The translations under genes and the position numbers were made by a program. The notes below the pieces were generated by a model. The model was not told the origin of the DNA, did no database searches, and saw only the letters and a list, made by a program, of their open reading frames with translations. A stretch of DNA of 64,000 nucleotides from Selaginella moellendorffii. Lineage: Eukaryota > Plantae > Lycopodiophyta. Positions within the stretch are counted from its first letter, which is position 1. Each line of letters opens with the position of its first letter. Shown here piece by piece: positions 55,701-64,000 of this stretch. The stretch covers positions 1 to 64,000 of the forward strand of contig NW_003314427.1 of assembly GCF_000143415.4 (NCBI RefSeq), read 5' to 3'.

Positions 55701-58565
55701 GCAAAGATTATTGAATGGGGAAAGAAAAATGTAAATATTGCTCTTAGAGTATCCACCCCTTCTTTTTTTACCTCTAAGTCTTGCATTGATTAGAGAGGCC
55801 ATACCATCAAGATTTTGAGGGAAGGCCTACTCCAGAAAAAGAAATATTTGTCTAATGTATCCCTTGATTTCTTTTCTTGGAACTTCCCCATAAAAAAAAA
55901 CACTCAAATATATGAGTGTCTGTCTAGTATAAAAATGAATTTTCCCAATGAACATGTATTTTCCCTTTGTTCTAGGTGAATAAATTCTTGTCTGATCTTA
56001 TCAAAAAAGACTACTCTTGCTATCTAATTCCATTGATATATCTCTATAGGGAGATAAAAAAGCTTGGAAATAAGATTCTAAGTGATTTTAATATCCCATT
56101 CATCTATTTTGAAAGTCAATTTTATAGGATCTTATAATTTAAGAACTAGTCTAGCTTCCTGTGGTCCTATAAAGTTTGATGTAGCTTTGTAAAATTTTTC
56201 TAGATCTTTATCCTTCATTCAATTGGCATTTGTGCACTTAGGTAGCTTATTACAATAAATCCTTGCAAGGGCTTCATCCACGAGCTTATCCATAGTTTTG
56301 TACCTTAAGATATAGATAATATTTATGCTTATATCTTCATGGTACTTTTTTAAACAATTTAAATTTACTATTGTACTATTGTCCCTGTTTAAATGTGCAC
56401 TTTAGTCGTTCCTGAGGTTGATATTTTAGACAAAAAGAATAGATTATTCTATTTTCTCTTGAATTTATTTCTAAGAGCATCTAGTTTGCCCTAACCAAAG
56501 AACCTTATCTTTTGGTTTAAGCTCGCAAGAGATTTTCAATTGTCTGTCATGCTTAACTTATTTAGCTTTTTGAATTGTATGCAGGGTCTAGATTGCTCCA
56601 AGCTTAAGCTCGTTTAAGTTTTCTATTTTGGCAAGTCTTTGTTGAAGAGCTTCTTTTTTGTCTAAGCTATTTTTAATTGTAATACATAAAAAGGGAATTA
56701 TAAATTCCATAGGCATTATAACTTCATGGCCATAAGTAAGATTAAATGGTGTTATGCTTGTGAATATTTTATATACAGTTCTATAAGCTCACAAAACATT
56801 TAAAATTTTCTTATTCTAGTCTTTTTAATTGTCCATTACAATTTTTTTCAAGAAATGTTTAAGCATTTTCTTAGTAGATTCAATTTACCCATTCCCTTAT
56901 GGATAATATGGCATGAATTTTTTATACTTAAGGATAAATTCTTATATAAGAATTTTTATTGTTTCATTGATTAAATGAGTGCCTCTATCTATAACGATCT
57001 TCTTCATAAACTAAATTTTACAATGATATTTTTATAAAGGAATTTGGCAGTGTTAATAGTTGAGGCCTGCTTTATAGGTATAGCTTTTACTTATTTAGTC
57101 ACATAATTAATGACAATTAAAATATATTTGTTCCTCTTACTACTTGTTACTATAGGTCCCACAAAATCCAATCCCCATTTATGAAATGCTTCATATGGAT
57201 AGATAGGATTTAGTTCATGGATTTGCTTTTTAGACAGTAGTTTATACCTTTCGCAAATATAACAATTTTTGTAGAAAATTGTTGTATTTATCCAAAGCAT
57301 AAGCCACAATAACCCTACTTATAAGAATTTTCTAGCAGTTATTTTATTTGTAAAATGGCCTCTTGATATGTCTAAGTGAGCTTCCCTTGGGATTTCATTT
57401 TTTTCTTCTTACCTATTAATACATCTTCTTAGTATTCCATCAATGGCTAATTTATATAGGTACTCCCCCACAACAAAATAAGGTTGTGTTCTCAAACACA
57501 CAACTTGTTTTTCTTTGACAAATTATAGTAAAGTGGAATGGTGTATATAGAATTTATATATCTTCCAACCAAGTGGTAGACATAAAGATTGCATATAAGT
57601 GAGTATCTAAGAGTTTGTCTACCTTAATATTAGGTGGCTCTTTTGTAATGATGTGGCTCAGACAATCAATCTATTCTTAGAATTTTCCAAATCTATGTAC
57701 TATTTCAAGATTATATTTTTGTAATAGTAAAAACCATCTAGTTAGTTAAGCAGATATCTATGGCTTATTAATAACATATAAAAGAGCTTTATGGTTAGGA
57801 AAGATAATTACTTTTGTTGCCAAAAGATAATGCCTAAATTTTTGTAAAGCATAAACTATGCCTAAAGCCTCTTTTTTAGTCATTGTGTAGTTATGCTCAG
57901 CAAGATTTAAGTGTTTACTGTCATAATAGATAAGATGATCTTTTTGATCATCTTATATCTTAGACAATATTGGACCTATGGCAATATAAAAAATACCTAT
58001 TTTTAGGTGAAACTCTTTTGTCCAATCTAGCTTAATGTTTATAAGTGTCTTTTTGAGGCATTTTTTAAACTTTAAACATGCTTCTTTAAAATTTTTATTC
58101 CTTATAAATGGAGTATCTTTCTTTAAAAGATCAGTAAATGGCTTAACAATCTTTGCATTGTGAGGGCCAAGTGTACGGCTACGATGCCGTATACTAATAT
58201 TAGCGTAGTGGATTTTGGTAGCCGTCGGATTGGTTTCAATCCGGACCACTCGCTCCTGTATATAAGCTAGGGTTTTTGGGTTAATTGATATGCACATTTC
58301 TGTATTCCCTTTCCATATTCCATGCACTCACATTGGTGGAGGTGAGGGGCACCTTTGATTGTCCCTGGGGAGTGCTTGGATTTGGGATTTCGGTTTAGAT
58401 CTAGCTTTTGCATTGTCTAGATCTAGCTTTTTCCATTTCCTTTCTTTTGTTCTTTCCTTTCAGGATTTTGGTTTAGATCTAGCTTTTTGCATTGTCTAGA
58501 TCTACCATTTCTTTCTAGCTTTTTGTCATTTCTCTTCTTTTGCTCTTTCTTTCTCATTCATTTTC

Positions 58566-59498
58566 ATGGCCGATCCGCAATCTCCTCCTTTGACTCTAGA
58601 GCAGCAGTTGGTTCAATTGCTTGATGCTATGCGCCTGCAATTGAACAACCAAACTCAGTTGATGGCGGCGTTCACGGCACATGGTACAACTCCTCCTGCT
58701 TTTGGTGCCAATCCTCGCGTTCGGCCGGAGTTCTTTCGTGGGAATCCTGGGGATGATGTGTACCATTGGTTCGATCACTTCACGGTGATTGCCACATATC
58801 ATTCTTGGGATGATGCTCGGCGTTTGCGTGAGTTCCCCACATGTCTTCAAGGGACGGCATTGCAGTGGTATAATGGATTGAGCGCAGCTACTCGTGGCGA
58901 TTGGAGTGTTCTTCCGGACGTCTTCAAACGCGCCTTCGGACACGCCGACGATTGTGATGATGCCTTCCAACAATTGCATCGTCTTCGCCAAGGGCCATCT
59001 GAGTCGGTGATGCAATTTGGCGTTCGTTTCCGAAGTCTTTTGCTTCGTGCGGAGCCAAATATGTCGGAGCGGATCAAGCTAGGAATGCTGTGGCCAGCAC
59101 TTCGTCAAGATCTTGTCGGACTTGTGCATGCACTTGCTCCTGCCACTCTTGACGATGCTCTTCGCTTGGCACAACGTTATGAGACGTCGCCTCTTCCACT
59201 TCTTGCTACACGTCCTTCAGCTCCACTTCCTATGAGTGATGGTCCTGTTCCCATGGAGGTTGATGCTGCTGCTACTCGAGTCCAAGGACAAGGGCGAGGA
59301 CGTGGTCGTGGCCGTGACATTCGTTGCTGGGCGTGTGATGAAGTTGGTCATACTTATCGGCGTTGTCGGCGCTTTCTGGATTGGCGACCTCCATTTCCTG
59401 GGTGGAGACCTTGGCGTCAGCAACGTCCCGTTGGTGCTGCTGCGGTGGAAGGTTTGGATACCGAGGTGCATTCGGGAAACGAGGAGTCACGCGAGTAA
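58566..59498 (+). CDS. gag: Gag with CCHC zinc knuckle
   Basis: Capsid-like LRQGPSESV, PVPMEVD and CWACDEVGHTYRRC. Confidence 0.92.
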   Translation: MADPQSPPLTLEQQLVQLLDAMRLQLNNQTQLMAAFTAHGTTPPAFGANPRVRPEFFRGNPGDDVYHWFDHFTVIATYHSWDDARRLREFPTCLQGTALQWYNGLSAATRGDWSVLPDVFKRAFGHADDCDDAFQQLHRLRQGPSESVMQFGVRFRSLLLRAEPNMSERIKLGMLWPALRQDLVGLVHALAPATLDDALRLAQRYETSPLPLLATRPSAPLPMSDGPVPMEVDAAATRVQGQGRGRGRGRDIRCWACDEVGHTYRRCRRFLDWRPPFPGWRPWRQQRPVGAAAVEGLDTEVHSGNEESRE

Positions 59499-62400
59499 TG
59501 GAGGGACCTTGCGCGAATAAGTTAGTGACCCCTCCATCTTTCTTTCGGGAGTATCATCAAGGGGTTCACTCGGCACCGGTTCATCCAGTGTTTACTTTCC
59601 AAGCTCGTTTTTATAACAAGAGGTCTCCTATTCTTCTCTCCGTGTTGGTTGATACAGGTTCGAGTTTATCTTCTATTGCTCGACCTGTTGCCACACGTTG
59701 TCGTCTACACTTGCGTCGTGCGGCGGATCCAGTTTTCATTCTTTATGGCAATGGCCGTACACATGCATGTGCACGAGATGAGGCGGACCTGGTTGTGCGT
59801 GTGGACGATCTCGAGCTTGAGTTGCAGTCGTTGCGGGTGGTGCCGAGTTAAGCTTTTGACCTCATTCTTGGTATGGATTGGTTGCAGCACAATCATGCCA
59901 AGTGTGACTTTGAGGCTTTTCCCCCTTGTCTCATACTTCCTTATGTTTCATCCATTCCTCTCACTTCTGTACCTCTTCGTCCCTCTACTTCTACCTCTGC
60001 TTCCATTACTTTTGTTCCCCCATTATTTCCTCTTGTGTTTCCATCTTGTTCTGCTCTTCCCTTTTCCGATCCCTCCGATGATCTTTGTGTTGTAGCTGTT
60101 GATCAGCTCATGAAGGAGTATTCTGATCTCTTTGAATTTGACCTATCGTCTGGGGCCAAGATTGCCACACGTCATCCCATTCCAACCGGGGATGCTTGTC
60201 CAATCAAGGTTCCTGTTCGTCGTCGGTCACCCAAGGAGATCAAGATTTTACGTGCAAACGTCAAGGAGATGTTGGAGAAGGGTGTTATTCGGAAGTCGCG
60301 GAGTCCTTGGGCATGTGAACCTCATCTTGTGACGAAGCCTGATGGGAGTATTCGTTTCTGCATCGACTATCGTCCGTTAAATGAAGTGACGATCCCGGAC
60401 GTGTACCCTCTTCCTCACACTGCTGATCTCTTGGATCGTCTGGGGCGAAGTCGTTGGTTCACCAAGCTAGATCTTGCTTCTGGGTATTGGCAAGTACCGA
60501 TGGCTGAAGACGATATTCCTAAGACTGCTTTTCGTACACCATTTGGTTTGTACGAGTTTTTGGTGATGCCGTTTGGTTTGAACAATGCTCCAGCAACTTT
60601 TCAGCGAATGATGGACGAGGTTCTTTGCGATATGCCAGAGGTGACAGCTGACTTCATTGATGATGTCTTGATCCACTCGGAGGGGATGTGGGAGGAGCAT
60701 GTTCGTGATGTTTGTAAAGTGTTGGATCGGCTACGGGACGTTGGTTTAAAGCTGAAGCGGTCGAAGTGCGTGTTTGGGTCCAAGGACACAACTTATCTTG
60801 GGTACCGTATTTCTCGTGAGGGTTTGCAAGTTGATCCTGACAAACTTGTGGCTGTTCTAAAGTTCCCTACTCCGAAGTGTGTGAATGATGTGCAGCGCTT
60901 TTTGGGTAAGGTGCAGTATCTCGGTCGTTTTGTGGATCATCTTTCCGATCGCACTTTACCATTGCGAGCGTTGTTGAAGTCATCAACGTCATCTTTCATC
61001 TGGTCTCCCGATTGTGAGTGGGCGTTCGTGAATCTCAAAGAGCTATTGACGACTCCTCCGGTTTTGGCATATCCTGACTACACTCGACCTTTTATTTTGC
61101 GCGTGGATGCTTCTGATATTGGTCTTGGAGGTGTGTTGATGCAAGAGAGCTCGAGTGTGCCTGGTCAGCGCCATCCCATTGCATACATAAGCCGTACATT
61201 ACAACCAGCGGAGATGAACTACTCCACGACGGAGAAGGAGTGTTTAGCAGCAGTCTGGGGTTTCGAGAAACTTCATGCCTATCTACATGGTTCTCGGACG
61301 TTACTTGAAGAAGGTGACCATGCTGCTGTTACTTCATTATTGAAGCGGAAGAACCTGGTTGGTCGTACGGCTCGATGGGCTTTGAAGCTTCAGATATATG
61401 ATTTCGATGTTGTTCATCGCCCAGGGAGTTCTATGGCTGATGCTGATGCCCTTTCTCGAGCTCCTCTTCCTTCTCCACTCACTTCTCATGTTTATGATGA
61501 ACCTGTTGTTCCAGCATCTGTGGATTTTCTAGATGAGGATTCTGTGCCGTCGGCGGTTGCTGTCCTTGACGTTCAGTGTCCACAGGGCGTAGAGCAAGAT
61601 CTACCTTCTCTAAATGAGGTTCGCGAGGCTCAAAAGATTGAGCCATGGATTCGAAGGCTTCGAGATGGGTTTGAGAATCCTGCATCACTTGCTGATGACT
61701 TGCCTTTTCGGCATTTACATTCTCAATATCGCCTTGAAGATGGCCTTCTTTATTTTGTGGGGACGGATCCTGATGCTCATTTACGGCTGGTGGTGCCTTC
61801 GGTGTTTATTCCGCGGTTTCTCCATGCCTACCATGATTCTCCTATTCTAGGTGGGCATATGGGACACCGTCGTGTCACCGAGAAGTTGCGCAGATCTTTC
61901 TATTGGCCAGAGATGCGACGTGATATTATCCGGTATGTGCGTAGCTGCGTTTGGTGCCAAGCTCGTAATACTCCCCCTTGTGCTGCGGAAGGACGATTGG
62001 AGTCAATTGCAGTTTCTCGTCCGTTTGAGTTGGTGGCGTTTGATCTTATGGGACCTTTTCCGCGATCGACTGCTGGCAATGAGTATGTTATTATTGCTTC
62101 TGACTACTTGACTCGTTGGGTGGAAGTTGGTGCTCTTGCTAGTGCCTCTGCAACTGCTGTTGGATACTTCCTCCTCAATCGAGTGGTGTTCCAGCATTCT
62201 TGTCCAGAACGGATTCTTTCGGATAATGGTCCTGCATTTATGGCTGAGGTATTTCATGTTTTGACATCTCGGTTGGGGATACGCCACACTTTTACGAGTG
62301 CTTATCATCCACAATCAGACGGTCTGGTGGAACGGCTCGTTCGGACATTCAAAGGGATGATTGCGAAGTATGTGAACTTTCAACATTCGGATTGGGATGG

Positions 62401-62964
62401 TTATTTACCGTCTCTTCGGTATGCTTATGTCACAGGGGTGCAGAGTTCTGTTGGTGCTTCACCATATAAACTTCTATATGGTCATGATCCAATATTACCA
62501 ACAGAGCTAGGTTTACCTTCGCGATTGCCACGAGCTCCTGATGCTAGGTCATGGGATCAATATTTGACAAGCATTCTTCCACTTGTCCGAGCAGAGTCTG
62601 CTGAACACTTAGGCCGCGTACAAGTGGGACAACAACGGCGCTACAATTCCCATCATCGTCCACCAGCGGAGTACAAAGTGGATGATTTGGTGTTAGTCCG
62701 TTTTCCCCATCTTACGGTGCGTGGTTTATCTAAGGGGCTCCTTGCGCAGTGGAAAGGACCGTATCGGGTATGCGGCAAGTTGGACCACAAGTTTATGAGG
62801 TTCGGCATGACGTTCAGCAGGCTGATCCTCCGGAGATTGTGCATGTGCAGCGGTTAAAACGCTTCATACAGAGGGATCAGGAGCAGTTAATACCGTCTAC
62901 AGATCCACCGATGCCTCCTCCTGACGTTCCTCCAGATCCCGGCCCATCTACAAGAGAACCCTGA
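59474..62964 (+). pseudogene. pol: Pol (PR-RT-RH-INT) in the -1 frame, with an in-frame TAA at 59849 and a frameshift near 62775
   Basis: LVDTGSS protease, MPFGL..FIDD RT, VDASD RNase H, HHCC and DDE integrase; the WKGPY tail continues in a shifted frame (VYEV..VHVQRLK). Confidence 0.9.
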
Positions 62965-64000
62965 CGGCCTTCCATTATTCCGAGAGGAGGGGATGATGTG
63001 AGGGCCAAGTGTACGGCTATGATGCCGTATACTAATATTAGCGTAGTGGATTTTGGTAGCCGTCGGATTGGTTTCAATCCGGACCACTCGCTCCTGTATA
63101 TAAGCTAGGGTTTTTGGGTTAATTGATATGCACATTTCTGTATTCCCTTTCCATATTCCATGCACTCACAGCATGAGTTTTTATAAATCACTTATTATAA
63201 CTAACTTTCCCTAAAAAGTAATAAAGACTTTTTAAGTTATATGGTGAAGATATTATTTAAATCACTTGAGTTTTATCTTTGTTTACAAGGATACATTCCT
63301 TACATATAATATAACCTAGAAGTATGCTAGAATTTACAAAGAAATTATACTTCTCTAGATTAAAAGAAATGCTATAGTTTTTGCATTTTTGAAAATATTT
63401 TTGTAAAAAAACTAAATGTTCTATTTTGGAGTTGAAGACACTAAAATTATTCATAAAAATTCTTATAAAAGTAGTTAAATATTCTTTGAAAATGTTTATA
63501 ACAACTCTTTGAAATGTAAAAAGAGCATTACATAGGTCAAAAAGCATTTTGTAATATGTGTAAGGTCTTTATAAACTTATATAGCCATTTTGTATTTATT
63601 TTTAGATATTACTTCCACTTAGTTATAACTAGAAAATCCATCTAAAAATAAATATATCTTATGGCTTGCTACTGAATTTAGAATTTCATCTGTGAAAGGA
63701 ATAAGGAACATATCCCTTTTTGTTGTATGATATAACTTTTTGTAATTCACACAAAATCGTAATTTACTATTTTCCTATATACAATTACAAATGGTGAAAG
63801 CCATTGAGCATTTTAGATAGGATAGATGAATCTTGCCTGAAGGAGTTTATCGATTTCCTCTTTAACTTTACTATAGTAATTAGGATTCATCCTATAGGGC
63901 ATTTGCCTTTTAGGCATATTTCCCAAGAGTATCTTAATGCAATATATACAGAGTTCTTATGGGATACCTTTTAAATCTATGTAGAACTAGGCAAAAATGT

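Larger units (their letters stand above)
58159..63170 (+). mobile_element. Young full-length Ty3/Gypsy LTR retrotransposon, non-chromovirus
   Basis: 174-bp TG..CA LTRs at 58159-58332 and 62997-63170 differing at one base. TSD GCAT, PBS TGGTGGAGGTGAGGGG, PPT GAGAGGAGGGGATGA. PR-RT-RH-INT order, GPY motif, no chromodomain. Confidence 0.97.
55800..64000 (-). mobile_element. Old, heavily decayed Ty3/Gypsy element (RT-RH-INT), split by a younger insertion
   Basis: RT relic MLFDLCNALFTFQR..IFMNNFSV (63257-63547), RH relic near 57950-58150 and INT relic FHKWGLDFVGPI..NKYIL (57091-57309). Confidence 0.85.

Noticed and set aside
57953-58327. Duplicated ORF MHGIWKGNTEMC (also 62887-63165)
   Set aside because: Antisense reading of the two LTRs.

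Overview
Eukaryotic land-plant nuclear DNA with very compact genes, 50-90 bp introns and an S-motif-rich PPR gene. It also has a flagellum-type TTLL glutamylase, which fits a seed-free plant such as the lycophyte Selaginella (inferred, not proven). 1-11.4 kb: a tandem segmental duplication of an exostosin (GT47) 3' end plus RPP30, separated by decayed transposons that include a 1.7 kb Cassandra-like element with 5S-rRNA-derived LTRs. 11.4-43.4 kb: a gene-dense block with BAHD acyltransferase, PLS-PPR, PTC52, AAE17/18, LHCA3, a mitochondrial protein carrying only the RT0 segment of a group II intron maturase, alpha-tubulin, IQD, a TPR protein, a TTLL6-like glutamylase, a Crinkler/fungal-type kinase relic, PEAPOD and cytosolic PGM. 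43.6-64 kb: a relic of a giant fungal-type protein and nested Gypsy elements. One young Gypsy element (174 bp LTRs, 4 bp TSD, tRNA-Ala PBS, -1 slippery site) sits inside an old, heavily C-to-T decayed one. The best novelty candidates are the RT0-only mini-maturase gene and the Cassandra-like element, whose empty-site paralogue lies in the same window. Family assignments come from motif recognition by eye; no searches were run.
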